From: Candidatus Latescibacterota bacterium | GTDB taxonomy: Bacteria > Latescibacterota > UBA2968 > SICM01 | NCBI GenBank assembly: GCA_965217865.1 | Contig: CBDCJO010000002.1 | Location: 3,808,001 to 3,872,000, forward strand | DNA: 64,000 nucleotides | Direction of reading: 5' to 3' | Shown here: piece by piece, positions 1-10,900 of the stretch | Numbering within the stretch: position 1 is the first letter of the stretch | Layout: each line of letters starts with the position of its first letter | The notes under the pieces: generated by a model | What the model saw: only the letters and a program-made list of their open reading frames with translations | The model's database searches: none | Told to the model about the DNA's origin: nothing | Translations under genes and position numbers: made by a program

Positions 1-35
1 AGTGCCCAAACGGAGGTATTCCGACAGGCTCCTAG
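1..35. mobile_element. probable terminal end of an IS1182/IS5-type element followed by CTAG target
   Basis: Sequence ...CCGACAGGCTC-CTAG (CTAG at 32-35) resembles the CTAG-flanked IS end at 15170-15188. The adjacent permease reading frame is cut here (in-frame TAG at 33-35). Only one end is visible. Confidence 0.35.
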
Positions 36-56
36 GACGAAGTCATGCCTGAGAAA

Positions 57-125
57 CTAACGGTTAGCACCCAGACGCTCAAGTCCGTAACTGCGAATCC
101 GGTTGATGCACTGAGGTATGAGTAA
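57..125 (+). pseudogene. 3' remnant of a MacB/FtsX-type ABC permease
   Basis: Translates LTVSTQTLKSVTANPVDALRYE*, the same NPVxALRYE C-terminus as the downstream paralogs. The frame is closed upstream at 33-35. Confidence 0.75.
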
Positions 126-218
126 CAGAGTCCCCAGGTTTTATTCGAGATCACATCAGGTAACACGAAAAGGTTACTATGATAAAAAACTACCTGACCG
201 TTGCGATCCGGAATCTTA
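90..218 (+). repeat. permease junction block A, copy 1 (gene end + intergenic + next gene start)
   Basis: Closely matches 2543-2669, including ACTGCGAATCC..TATGAGTAA and ACATCAGGTAACACGA(A/G)AAGGT(T/G)ACTATGATAAA..ACTACCTGACCGTTGCGATCCG. Confidence 0.9.
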
Positions 219-2578
219 TCAGGCACAAGGTGCATTCCCTTATCAACATCTCTGGACTTGCGGTTGGGATTGCGAGTTGTCTGATCATTGCTTCCTATGT
301 TTACAGTGAGCTCAGCTACGATCGGTACCATGAAAATGCCGATCGCATATACCGAGTTGCCCGTGACTGGTGTGGCCCCAGCGGTACGGTTCAGACCATG
401 ATTACTTCGCCGCACGAGGGTCTTGCATTACGCAGTGATTTTCCTGAAGCGGTCAAGAGCGTTGTTAGATTCAGACCCCCGCATAACAAAGTCGCTGTTT
501 CATACAACGAACGTCAATTCCACGAAAAGCGATTTTTTTACTCAGACCCAGCCGTCTTCCAAATTTTTTCCTTCCCGCTCATAAAAGGGAACCCGGAAAA
601 AGCCCTGATTGAACCCAATACGATTATCCTCACTGAAAAAATGGCGAAAAAATACTTCGGCCACATTGATCCAATGGGTGAAATTATCTCCGTGGACAAT
701 GATAGAACGTTTACCGTCACGGGTATAATTCAAGACATCCCACAAAATTCTCATTTCCATCCAGATTTTCTAGCGTCTTTTTCCACTCTTGATGCGACAA
801 ATTCCCTTGGTGATTGGGGGAGCGGCAGCTTTGTCACATACATATTATTGGCCGAAGGTTATGACCCGGTAGTATTGGAAAAACAATTCACTGCAATGGC
901 ACAAAGGCATCTGAGTGAAACGGAAAGAAAGTTCTTCAAGGTAAACCTCCATCTTCAACCCTTGACTGATATTCATCTTCATTCACACTTATTGGGGGAG
1001 ATCGAACCGCAAGGTGATATGCGGCTCATTTATATTTTGTCAGGGGTTTCCCTTTTTGTGCTGATTATTGCGTGTATCAACTTTATCAATCTGTCCACAG
1101 CCAGGTCCATTTACCGCGAGAAGGAAATTGGTCTGAGAAAAGTGGTGGGAGCACGTCGAACCCAGTTGATAAAACAATTTCTTGGCGAATCCGTGCTATT
1201 GACCGTAGTCTCACTCCTTGTCGGTATTATGCTGGCCGAGCTATTGCTACCCTGGATTTTTAAGTTTGGAGACGATGAAATTGGCTTAAACTATTTTACT
1301 AACCCGGAACTCACTTTATTAGGCATTGTAGGGATGATCCTGTTTATTGGGATTATTTCCGGAAGCTATCCGGCTGTCTTTCTTTCTTCTTTCCAGCCAT
1401 CAAAAGCCCTAAGAGGAATCCACAAAAAAGGATCGAAACATGCTTCAGTTAGAGGCGCACTCGTCGTTTTTCAATTCGCCATTTCAATCATTCTCGTTGT
1501 CGGTACTGGGATCATATATCTGCAAGTGGATCACATGAAAACAAAAGAGTTAGGCTTTAAGGGGGACCAGGTCGTGGCTCTCCCTGTAAACCTGAATTTG
1601 TCACAGAAGTATGAGGCGATTAGAAATGAGCTTCTACGAAATCCCAATGTGATAAATGTTGGGGGATCAGTAGGTCTTCCAGGAGCATTCATTTCAAGAA
1701 ATGGCGTTAACCTTCCGGAAACAATGAAGAAGGACTGGACGGTGTCTATGATTCAGACAGACCATTCGTTTGTTAAAACTCTGGGCATGGAAATTATAGA
1801 CGGTCGTGATTTCTCAAAAACGTTTCCAGCGGATGAAAAGGAATCTTTCATAATTAACGAAACGGCCGCAAAAATGTTTGGATGGGACAAGCCCGTCGGA
1901 AAGCGAGTCAACTGGTATAGCGTTGACAGATCGAGATACCCGGATGGAAAAAATGGAACGGTGGTCGGATTGGTCAAAGACTTTCATTTCAGATCATTAC
2001 ACGAACCGATTGAACCATTGATCCTGACTTTAAATCCATTCTACAGCCATATTCTCGTCAAGATAGAGCCGGTGAATATTCCAGAGATGGTGAAATTTAT
2101 AGAACGAACGATTGAGAAGTTTGAGCCTAATCACCCGTTTGAATTCTTCTTCCTGGATGACAGCTTTGACAACCTGTATAGGGCAGAAGAAAGAGCTGGA
2201 GAGATTCTCTTGTCTTTTGCCGTATTGGCGATAATCGTGGCATCTCTGGGTCTATTCGGGATGGCCTCTTTGACTGCTGTCCAACGAACCAAGGAAGTCG
2301 GAATCCGAAAAGTCCTCGGAGCCTCTGTATCAAACATCGTTGTCCTGATGTCGAAGGACATGGTAAAGTGGGTCCTTGGTGCCTGTCTCATCGCATGGCC
2401 GATTGCTTATTACGCTATGAATCGATGGCTCGAAAACTATCCCTATCGCATCGATATCGGTATGGGGATCTTTTTCCTTGCCGGCCTTATTGCCATAATA
2501 ACAGCCTTTCTAACGATAAGCTCCCAGACGATCAGGGTCGCAACTGCGAATCCAGTTGAAGCGCTGCGGTATGAGTAA
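179..2578 (+). CDS. ABC transporter permease, duplicated MacB_PCD/FtsX architecture (~800 aa)
   Basis: N-terminal NYLTVAIRNL..INISGLAVG, IACINFINLSTARS..REKEIGLRKVVGA, second RTKEVGIRKVLGAS, C-terminal NPVEALRYE. Confidence 0.95.
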   Translation: MIKNYLTVAIRNLIRHKVHSLINISGLAVGIASCLIIASYVYSELSYDRYHENADRIYRVARDWCGPSGTVQTMITSPHEGLALRSDFPEAVKSVVRFRPPHNKVAVSYNERQFHEKRFFYSDPAVFQIFSFPLIKGNPEKALIEPNTIILTEKMAKKYFGHIDPMGEIISVDNDRTFTVTGIIQDIPQNSHFHPDFLASFSTLDATNSLGDWGSGSFVTYILLAEGYDPVVLEKQFTAMAQRHLSETERKFFKVNLHLQPLTDIHLHSHLLGEIEPQGDMRLIYILSGVSLFVLIIACINFINLSTARSIYREKEIGLRKVVGARRTQLIKQFLGESVLLTVVSLLVGIMLAELLLPWIFKFGDDEIGLNYFTNPELTLLGIVGMILFIGIISGSYPAVFLSSFQPSKALRGIHKKGSKHASVRGALVVFQFAISIILVVGTGIIYLQVDHMKTKELGFKGDQVVALPVNLNLSQKYEAIRNELLRNPNVINVGGSVGLPGAFISRNGVNLPETMKKDWTVSMIQTDHSFVKTLGMEIIDGRDFSKTFPADEKESFIINETAAKMFGWDKPVGKRVNWYSVDRSRYPDGKNGTVVGLVKDFHFRSLHEPIEPLILTLNPFYSHILVKIEPVNIPEMVKFIERTIEKFEPNHPFEFFFLDDSFDNLYRAEERAGEILLSFAVLAIIVASLGLFGMASLTAVQRTKEVGIRKVLGASVSNIVVLMSKDMVKWVLGACLIAWPIAYYAMNRWLENYPYRIDIGMGIFFLAGLIAIITAFLTISSQTIRVATANPVEALRYE

Positions 2579-2669
2579 ATAAGGTCCCAGGGTTTCTTCG
2601 AATTTACATCAGGTAACACGAGAAGGTGACTATGATAAAGTACTACCTGACCGTTGCGATCCGTAATCT
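2543..2669 (+). repeat. permease junction block A, copy 2
   Basis: Near-identical to 90-218, including the non-coding spacer. Confidence 0.9.
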
Positions 2670-5037
2670 ATTCAGGCACAAGATCTATTCGGCTATTAAC
2701 ACGTGCGGCCTTGGGATTGGGATTGCATTCTGTATCTTGACCTATCTGTATGTGCGTCATGAATTGAGTTATGATACATTCCATCGTGACAGCGACCGCA
2801 TTTACAGGATGGTTACCGTCAGAAAAAATACAAGCGGAGAAAAGGAGAGTACGGCCTTGCAACCCGCTCCCTTAGGGCCGACAATGGTAGATGAGTTTGC
2901 CGAGGTAAAGCGAAGCGCAAGGTTCGTTTCGTGGCCAGCTACCTTCAAAAGTGAGGGGCAGCCATTCAAAGAATGGGTTCTTTTTTCAGATCCATCAATT
3001 TTTGAAATGTTCTCCTTTTCCTTACTAAAAGGAAATCCCAACACAGCACTTAGATCGCCTGACTCGGTTGTGATGACGGAAGATATTGCAAGGAAATATT
3101 TCGGCGATGAAAATCCAATGGGACAGCGAATCGCTATAAAGGTTGGTAGTAATACTCGAGATTTCATTGTAACGGGAATCGCCCGAAAGTCTCCTGATAA
3201 TTCAACGATCAAATTCAGTATACTGCTTCCCTATGAGATTTCCTTATCCACTATAGGAGGATCCGGCAACTGGGGGGGTGGGAGCACGGTTACTTATGTA
3301 GAGTTATCTGACAACATTCACCTCACGAAAGTTGAATCAAAACTGCAGGACTTTGTCGGAAAACACTTCGGTCCAACAATTGACTGGGGCCAAAAGGCGG
3401 GATATCTAAGCACGGATTCAGATGCATGGAGGATGCTGTTACAGCCACTCAGTGATGTCCATCTTGGTATGCGGGTGGTCACATTTGAAACGATTGGCAA
3501 CCCTGTATATCTCTATGTGTTATCCGGGACCGCCGCCTTGGTATTGGTGATCGCTTGCATCAACTTCATGAATCTTTCCATCGGACTTTCCTCGAAGCGA
3601 ACGAGAGAGATCGGGACACGTAAGGTGGTGGGAGCGACACGATCGCAGATTGCGAAACAGTTCTTAATCCAGTCCTTCATTCTAACGTTAATGGCCCTGT
3701 TTCTGGGAATTGGTTTGGCGGACCTTTTTCTTCCGACATTCAATGATCTGACGGGGAAGGATTTGACCACAACCGTGTTGATACAAGGACCCTCCATGGT
3801 GTTTCTCCTCGGCCTGGTGGTCCTCGTGGGTATGGTCTCAGGAAGCTATCCGGCCATGGCCCTGTCCAGGTTTCATCCCGTTGAAGTGTTGAAAGGAAGG
3901 CTGAGAATAGGGTCTTCGAGTAAATTCAGCCGGGGTCTTGTCGTCGTCCAATTTACGTTCTCCATATTTTTGTTGATCGCCGCAGGAATCATGGCCAAGC
4001 AGGTAGACTTTCTCCAGTCAAAAGATCTTGGCTTTAACGGCGAGCAAGTTGTTGTGATCCCCGCATTCTCTGTGAAAGGCAGACAAATTATTGAGTTGTA
4101 TCGTAGAGAACTCTTTCAATACGATAATTTTATAAATATGGCTGGATCGTCCTGGAATTGTACGGGTAGTGGTGCTCACGGAAAGAAATTTATCCAACAT
4201 GGAGATACGAAGATCGAAGCATTCAATTTCGGTATAGACTACACATACCTTGAGACGTTAGGCATTCGGTTGGCCGAGGGAAGGAATTTTTCTCGAAATC
4301 ATCTCTCCGATGCAAAAGAGTCGGTAATCGTCAATGAAACTCTGGTCAAACATTTTGGTTGGGATTCTGCTGTCGGCAAAAAAATAAAGTTCGGGGAAGA
4401 AAACATCGACAATCCCACAGTGATTGGTGTTGTTAAGGATTTTCATTATAAGCGCCTGCATAACAAGGTTGAACCTCTAGTTTTGTACATGGGCGAGGGT
4501 ATATACTACCTATCGGTGAGAATAAGCCCTAAGGACATACCTGGGGCGCTGAACCTTCTCGAAAGGAAATGGCTGGAAGTGGCTCCGGACAGCCCGTTTG
4601 AGTATTCGTTTCTTGGGGAGGAAATGGCTCGGCTGTACGAAAGTGAAGAACGAAGCCGCAAGATATTTGGATATGCATCCTGGTTTGCTGTCTTCATCGC
4701 CTCACTGGGCGCATTTGGGCTTATGGCCCTGGCGGCAGCCAGACGAACAAAGGAGGTAGGTATTCGTAAGGTCCTCGGCGCCTCCATTTCAAGTCTTGTC
4801 TTTTTAATTACAGGCAATTTTCTAAAACTGGTGCTTGTGGCCAATCTAATAGCGTGGCCCATAGCTTACTTTTCCGTAAGGCACTGGCTTAAGAATTTCG
4901 CATACAGGATCGATATTCCCATCGAGGTTTTCGCACTTGGGGGATCTCTGGTTTTCTTCATCGCGGTGGTTACAGTTAGCACTCATGCACTCAGGACTGC
5001 AATGACGAATCCGGTAAATGCTCTCAGGTATGAATGA
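2632..5037 (+). CDS. ABC transporter permease, duplicated MacB_PCD/FtsX architecture
   Basis: Same motifs as 179-2578. ATG at 2632 aligns with the paralog start. Confidence 0.95.
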   Translation: MIKYYLTVAIRNLFRHKIYSAINTCGLGIGIAFCILTYLYVRHELSYDTFHRDSDRIYRMVTVRKNTSGEKESTALQPAPLGPTMVDEFAEVKRSARFVSWPATFKSEGQPFKEWVLFSDPSIFEMFSFSLLKGNPNTALRSPDSVVMTEDIARKYFGDENPMGQRIAIKVGSNTRDFIVTGIARKSPDNSTIKFSILLPYEISLSTIGGSGNWGGGSTVTYVELSDNIHLTKVESKLQDFVGKHFGPTIDWGQKAGYLSTDSDAWRMLLQPLSDVHLGMRVVTFETIGNPVYLYVLSGTAALVLVIACINFMNLSIGLSSKRTREIGTRKVVGATRSQIAKQFLIQSFILTLMALFLGIGLADLFLPTFNDLTGKDLTTTVLIQGPSMVFLLGLVVLVGMVSGSYPAMALSRFHPVEVLKGRLRIGSSSKFSRGLVVVQFTFSIFLLIAAGIMAKQVDFLQSKDLGFNGEQVVVIPAFSVKGRQIIELYRRELFQYDNFINMAGSSWNCTGSGAHGKKFIQHGDTKIEAFNFGIDYTYLETLGIRLAEGRNFSRNHLSDAKESVIVNETLVKHFGWDSAVGKKIKFGEENIDNPTVIGVVKDFHYKRLHNKVEPLVLYMGEGIYYLSVRISPKDIPGALNLLERKWLEVAPDSPFEYSFLGEEMARLYESEERSRKIFGYASWFAVFIASLGAFGLMALAAARRTKEVGIRKVLGASISSLVFLITGNFLKLVLVANLIAWPIAYFSVRHWLKNFAYRIDIPIEVFALGGSLVFFIAVVTVSTHALRTAMTNPVNALRYE

Positions 5038-5106
5038 AATGAGTCCAACCGCGGAATCTGAGATCACATTAAGTGGGATGATATTTCCCTCCAGGAAACG
5101 AGAACA

Positions 5107-6357
5107 ATGGATCGTAAACTAAAAAAGAAGAGATGGCCCCCAAAGAGGATTGCGAAGTTTTCGATTGTGGGGATATTCGGGTTTACCGTGGCGTATAGCT
5201 TTCTTTTTGGGGACAGCCATTCGAAATTGAACGTTAATATCGAAAGAATATCCATTTCCACGGTGTGGAAGGGGTCATTTCAAGAGTTCATACCTGTACA
5301 GGGAACGGTCCTCCCGCTTAAAACCATCTATCTGGATGCCGTTGATGGCGGAAGGGTGGAAAAGGTATTCGTCGAAGCGGGGACTTTGGTTAACGAAGGA
5401 GATGCTATCTTGAAGATGACCAATACAACCCTCCAACTGGAAGTGATGAACCGGGAGGCACAGTTATTCGAACAAATGAATAATTTGAGAAACACGCGCC
5501 TGGCCATGGAGCAGAATCGCCTCAAGCTTCTAGCCGATCTCACTGAGTTGGACTACAAAATTCAGCGCCAAAAACGTGAATACGATAGAAACAAAGAACT
5601 GGCTGAAAAGGAAGTAATCTCAAAACAGGAATATGATGAAGTAAAGGACGAGTATGAATATTTCTTGAACCTCAGGGAGTTAACCCTCGAAACTCAGAAA
5701 CAGGATTCAATTCTCCGGAAGATCCAGCTTGAACAGCTTGCTGCCGCAGTGAAGCGGATGGAGGCCCACCTGGAGATAGTTAAGGAAAACGTAGATAATC
5801 TTGTCATTAAAGCCCCCATATCGGGTCAGCTAACCTCACTGAACGCGGAGATCGGCCAATCGAAGTCTCCCAGAGAGCGCCTGGGACATATCGATGTCCT
5901 GCAGGGATTCAAAGTCGGTGTGGCGATTGATGAATACTACATCACTCGAATCGACGTCGGGCAGATCGGAGAATTTAACTTCTCAGGAAAAACGTACAGG
6001 CTTTCTGTAAAAAAGATCTATCCAGAGGTGCGAGATGGAAGGTTCGACGTGGACATGGCCTTTGATGGTGCGGAACCGGAAGGAATCAGACGCGGACAAA
6101 CATTCCAGATCAGGCTCGAGTTAGGTGACCTTTCGGAAGCGATTCTATTGGCCAGAGGCGGTTTCTACCAGGAGACCGGTGGCCGCTGGGCTTATGTTCT
6201 GGATGAAACAGGGACATCTGCTTTAAAAAGACAGATTAGACTGGGCAGACAGAACCCCCACGTTTTCGAGGTGCTCGAAGGGTTGGAGCCGGGGGAGATG
6301 GTGATTACGTCGAACTATGAAGGATTCGGGGATATGGATGAACTGATTCTGAAGTAG
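5107..6357 (+). CDS. efflux periplasmic adaptor (MacA/HlyD-family membrane fusion protein)
   Basis: N-terminal TM, lipoyl halves (GGRVEKVFVEAGTLVNEGD / IKAPISGQL), coiled coil, C-terminal EVLEGLEPGE. Confidence 0.92.
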   Translation: MDRKLKKKRWPPKRIAKFSIVGIFGFTVAYSFLFGDSHSKLNVNIERISISTVWKGSFQEFIPVQGTVLPLKTIYLDAVDGGRVEKVFVEAGTLVNEGDAILKMTNTTLQLEVMNREAQLFEQMNNLRNTRLAMEQNRLKLLADLTELDYKIQRQKREYDRNKELAEKEVISKQEYDEVKDEYEYFLNLRELTLETQKQDSILRKIQLEQLAAAVKRMEAHLEIVKENVDNLVIKAPISGQLTSLNAEIGQSKSPRERLGHIDVLQGFKVGVAIDEYYITRIDVGQIGEFNFSGKTYRLSVKKIYPEVRDGRFDVDMAFDGAEPEGIRRGQTFQIRLELGDLSEAILLARGGFYQETGGRWAYVLDETGTSALKRQIRLGRQNPHVFEVLEGLEPGEMVITSNYEGFGDMDELILK

Positions 6358-6385
6358 AAAGTCTAACAGTAGAAAGGGAAATGGA

Positions 6386-7075
6386 ATGATTAAAACGGCC
6401 AATTTGAAGAAGATATACACGACTGAAGAGGTGGAGACCACGGCGTTGAACAATGTTAATTTTCAAGTCAATCAGGGGGAATACGTCGCGATCATGGGTC
6501 CCTCCGGGTGCGGGAAATCAACACTGCTGAACCTTCTGGGCATGCTCGATAATCCCACAGACGGGGAGTATTTCTTTTTTGGTGAGGAGGTGTCGAAATA
6601 CTCCGAGAGGCAGCGGGCAAACCTGCGAAAGGGAAGCATCGGCTTTGTATTCCAGAGCTTCAACCTGATCGACGAGCTGACTGTGTATGAAAATGTGGAG
6701 CTGCCCCTTCTTTATATCGGCCTTCGTGGAAAAGAACGCAAGAATCGAGTAGAAGAGATCCTTGGGCAGATGCAGATTACGCCCAGGAGGAACCATTTCC
6801 CTCAGCAACTCTCTGGGGGCCAGCAACAGCGCGTGGCCGTCGCGAGGGCGGTTGTCGGGAATCCTAAGCTGATACTTGCTGACGAGCCTACCGGCAACCT
6901 GGATTCCACCCACGGGGATGAGGTCATGAGGTTGTTGAACGGCCTGAATGAAGCAGGCACCACGATTGTCATGGTAACCCACTCGCCAACTTATGCGGAT
7001 TACTCCCATCGCATCGTCCATCTGTTCGATGGGCATATAGTAACGGAGAATATAAAGGAGCGGGCCGGTGTTTAA
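6386..7075 (+). CDS. ABC ATP-binding protein (LolD/MacB-NBD type)
   Basis: Walker A GPSGCGKS, LSGGQQQ, Walker [13 protein letters not shown]-loop VTH. Confidence 0.97.
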   Translation: MIKTANLKKIYTTEEVETTALNNVNFQVNQGEYVAIMGPSGCGKSTLLNLLGMLDNPTDGEYFFFGEEVSKYSERQRANLRKGSIGFVFQSFNLIDELTVYENVELPLLYIGLRGKERKNRVEEILGQMQITPRRNHFPQQLSGGQQQRVAVARAVVGNPKLILADEPTGNLDSTHGDEVMRLLNGLNEAGTTIVMVTHSPTYADYSHRIVHLFDGHIVTENIKERAGV

Positions 7076-7150
7076 GAACTACCTCACAGTCGCTATAAGG
7101 AATCTTCTCAGGCACAAAGTCCGTTCTTTCATTAGCATCTCAGGCTTGGC
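7054..7150 (+). repeat. junction block B, copy 1 (ATPase 3' end/RBS + permease 5' end)
   Basis: AAAGGAGCGGGCCGGTGTTTAAGAACTACCTCACAGT is repeated exactly at 8143, and similarity continues to the GLA codons. Confidence 0.9.
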
Positions 7151-8141
7151 TGCCAAAGTCCTTACAGATGAAGTCGTAGAGATACCATTTGTCTCAGGAT
7201 CCATACTCAAAATCGAAGCTGTGAATGGCCAAATTTCAGTGCGACAGAAAGATGGCGAAAGCGTAAGGGTAACGGCAAAGATCCGGGCAAGCGCGAACGA
7301 ACGTCTCGATTTACTCGATATTGAGGTTAAATACGACGAGGAAAACTCACTCATTGTTGGCGCCAGGTGGCCCGACAGGATGGACGACGAGGGTGTAGGG
7401 TTCGAAATCGAGATCCCCGCCGTTTCTGGGATCGAGGCGCGTACCCAAAACGGTGGAATCAAGGTAACCGGGCTCTCTGGAAGCGCCAAATTGAGGTCGA
7501 CGAATGGGCCCATCAAGATTCTCAACCACAACGGCCCAGTTACCGCGGAGACATCAAACGACAATGTCGTTGTAGCTCACGTTACTGGCGACCTTCTGGC
7601 CAAGACAACCAATGATCGCATCGCGATTTCAGATTATCAGGGAACTGTTTTTGCCCAAACGTCCAGTGGCCCAATTTCGCTGGCCAGATCCAAAGGTGCC
7701 GCCGAGCTCAGAACTACCGATGATCGAATTGAGATCAAGAATCATCATGGATCTGTTATTGCCCTAACTTCGAACGACAAGGTAATAATTTCCGATGTCA
7801 CTGGGGCCGTCAAAGCTAGAACCACGAATGACAATATCGAGATTTCGACCGCCCACAATTCTGTAGATGCAGAAACCTCAAACAGCCGGATTTCCATTTC
7901 CCTAAGCGATAACGCACCTGGTCCTGTAAAAGCCCGGACACGGAACGGAATCGTCTTTTTGTCTGTCGGTAGGGACTTTGTGGGGGAGTTGAGGTTGGAC
8001 GCAGGGGACGAGGTAGTATTTGAGAATGTGCCCGCAAGCATGGGCATCGATCGAACAAATGCCGGAGTAGTCTTAAACTTCGGCAACGGCGCTGAATCAA
8101 GTGTCGTAACGAACGAAAACATCTATTTCAAGATCGAATAG
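7068..8141 (+). CDS. chimeric protein: 28-aa ABC-permease N-terminus fused to DUF4097-like (putative adhesin) beta-strand repeat domain
   Basis: MFKNYLTVAIRNLLRHKVRSFISISGLA, followed by ~19-aa repeats such as ARTQNGGIKV, LRSTNGPIKI, AETSNDNVVV, AKTTNDRIAI. Confidence 0.85.
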   Translation: MFKNYLTVAIRNLLRHKVRSFISISGLAAKVLTDEVVEIPFVSGSILKIEAVNGQISVRQKDGESVRVTAKIRASANERLDLLDIEVKYDEENSLIVGARWPDRMDDEGVGFEIEIPAVSGIEARTQNGGIKVTGLSGSAKLRSTNGPIKILNHNGPVTAETSNDNVVVAHVTGDLLAKTTNDRIAISDYQGTVFAQTSSGPISLARSKGAAELRTTDDRIEIKNHHGSVIALTSNDKVIISDVTGAVKARTTNDNIEISTAHNSVDAETSNSRISISLSDNAPGPVKARTRNGIVFLSVGRDFVGELRLDAGDEVVFENVPASMGIDRTNAGVVLNFGNGAESSVVTNENIYFKIE

Positions 8142-8142
8142 T

Positions 8143-8240
8143 AAAGGAGCGGGCCGGTGTTTAAGAACTACCTCACAGTTGCTATACGGAATCTGATCAG
8201 GCACAGGGTATATTCAGTGATTAATATCTCTGGATTGGCC
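8143..8240 (+). repeat. junction block B, copy 2
   Basis: Matches 7054-7150. Confidence 0.9.
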
Positions 8241-10530
8241 GTGGGCATGGCTTGCTGTATCCTGATTCTCCTGCTCATCCAGGATGAGTTAAGCTATGAT
8301 CGGTTTCACGATAATGCAGACCGGATACACAGAGTGATTAGGGTAAACCAAAGGGCGGGCCAGGTTCAACAAAGTGCGTTGACACCTGCGATACTTGCCC
8401 CCATGCTGAAGCAGTATTTCCCACAACTTGCCCAAGTCGTCCGATTTATGAAAGAAAAAAAAGAGTTGGTTGAATATGGAGCGAAGAGGTTTTACGAAGA
8501 TCGGTTTTTCTATGCAGACCCGGAAGTATTTGAGGTCTTTTCATTTCCGCTTCTCCGGGGTGATCCAGAAAGGGCCCTGGTGGATCCCTACACGGTTTTG
8601 ATAACCGATGCGACTGCGAGGAAATACTTTGGGGACGATGACCCAATAGGGAAGACGCTCAAGCTTAACAACAGATCCGACTATCGGGTGACAGGCATTC
8701 TTAGAAATCTCCCTCACAACTCGCACCTGAAATTCGATTTTCTAGCCTCATCGCAGGGCTTGAAGGGCCAGCAAGTGGAAGCATGGTATATGCATGGCTC
8801 GTATACGTACGCACTTCTGCCGGAACAAGCGTCTGCAAACGAGTTTCAGCGTCGCTTTCCTGATTTTGTTAAACAGCATGTCGGCCCGAGATCCGGACAG
8901 CCCAGCTTCATCCTGCAGCCTTTGCGGGATGTCTATCTGCATTCCGATCTTATCGGTGAGAGTGGTCCGAGGGGGAACATCCAGCAACTCTATATTTTTG
9001 CGGCTGTCTCCTTCTAATCCTCCTCATCGCGTGTACCAACTTCGTCAATCTCTCAACAGCCCTATCTGCCCACCGGGCCCTCGAAGTGGGGACCCGCAAG
9101 GTGCTCGGTGCATTACGAACCCAGCTAATCCTGCAGTTTCTAGGGGAGTCCGTTCTGATGAGCATGGTTGCGCTCGCGCTGGCTGCATGTTTGGTTGAGC
9201 TCCTTCTGCCGGGATTTAACACAGTTTTTGGGAAGGAATTGTCAACGAGCTATTTAGATGCCGGGTGGGTTTCAAGCGCGTATGCTCTGGTGGCTGTGTC
9301 TGTGGGGTCCTTTCCGGTGGTTACACAGCGTTCGTTCTGTCTTCGTTTAGACCCGCCGCAGTGTTGAGAGGGACGCTGAAATCAATCCATATGAGTTCCT
9401 GGTTGCGAAAGGGGCTGGTGGTGTTTCAGTTCGGAATTTCAATCGTTCTCCTCATCTGTACGGCAGTGATCTACTCCCAATTGGAATACATCCGGAACAA
9501 AAACTTGGGGTTTAACAGGGAACGGGTAGTCGTGATTTCCGATGCCAGGGGCTTGAGCAGGCACTATGAATCCTTTAGAAACGAGCTACTGGCCCATCCT
9601 GATATTCTAATGGTAACATCGGGTCAAACACCCGGAGGTCTTGGAGGGTCCCGGATTGACTTAGTTATAGATGAAGATGGTCTCGAACAAAGTTATTACC
9701 GATTCCAAGTGGATTTCGACTACCTCGAAGCACTCGGTATGAACCTTCTATGGGGCCGGGATTTCTCCAGGGATTTCTCAACCGATTCATCCGCTGTGAT
9801 TGTCAACGAGGCCTACGCCGGATTAGAGGGCTGGGATAGTCGGACATTCGAGGAAAACAACGATAAGATCATGCTAGTGCGGGACTATACAGGACAGCAA
9901 CGCAGGGTCGTCGGTGTGGTCGAGAACTTCCACCATCTTTCTCTATATCAGGGGATCGAGCCGGTGTCCCTTTCTCTTAATCCAGGACTAAACGTCCGCA
10001 CGGTTTTAGTCCGAATGGGTCCGGAAAACATATCGGAGGCTCTTGACTTCATGAAGGAGAGGTGGAAGGCGCTTGTTCCACATCGGCCAATCGTCTATTC
10101 TTTTCTGGATGAGAGCCTGGATCTGCAGTACCGCAAGGAGCAGAAGTTGGGTGAGGTTTTCACGGCTTTCTCAATGCTGACTGTTTTTGTGGCCTGCATG
10201 GGCTTGTTCGGTCTGGCGTCTTTCACAGCCGAACAGCGGACCAAGGAGATCGGGGTACGGAAAGTGCTGGGCGCCTCCGCATCCAGTGTGGTCAAGCTGC
10301 TCTCGAAAGAGTTCACAAAACTTGTCATTGTGGCCAATTTGGTCGCCTGGCCGGTGGCCTATTACGCGATGGATACGTGGCTGAAGGATTTCGCATACCG
10401 GATTGAGCTCAACGGTGGGATGTTTGTTCTCGGGGGGATTCTCGCTCTGTTGATCGCTCTTGCGACGGTGGCCTATCAAGCTGTGAAGGCAGCGTTTACA
10501 AATCCTGTGGATGCGCTGCGGTATGAGTGA
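8157..10530 (+). pseudogene. ABC permease (MacB/FtsX type) split by two 1-bp frameshifts (~9011 and ~9305); may be sequencing error
   Basis: Three ORF pieces (8157-9017, 9086-9367, 9265-10530) join into one ~790-aa permease: ..AVS/LILLIACTNFVNLST.. and ..SVG/VLSGGY..; ends NPVDALRYE. Confidence 0.85.
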
Positions 10531-10900
10531 GCATCGCAAATACTTGCAAAACCAGGTCCTGATCAGTAATCGACTTGTTTCCGGGAGGGCCCGCGGCCTC
10601 GCGGGCCGTAATCGATTAACCGGCGTCGATAACGCCTCTCCCTAACCAAACCCGTTCGCCATTTAAATTAATTCAATTCACCTTGAAAACCGTCAAGCCC
10701 TTGACCACATGTGTTTCTGGACATCCCTGACTTTTAAGATACGGGGATGTTATCGGCCGCCAGGGCCGGCGTCCTTCCCATCTAATCCCGTCATCTTTTC
10801 ATATCACCAATTCAATTGATATCCTTCGCAGGCCAGCGCATTAAATGAAAGGCTAATTCTTTTACAAATCCACTAGAGTACTTGAAATAGGAGACAGGAT

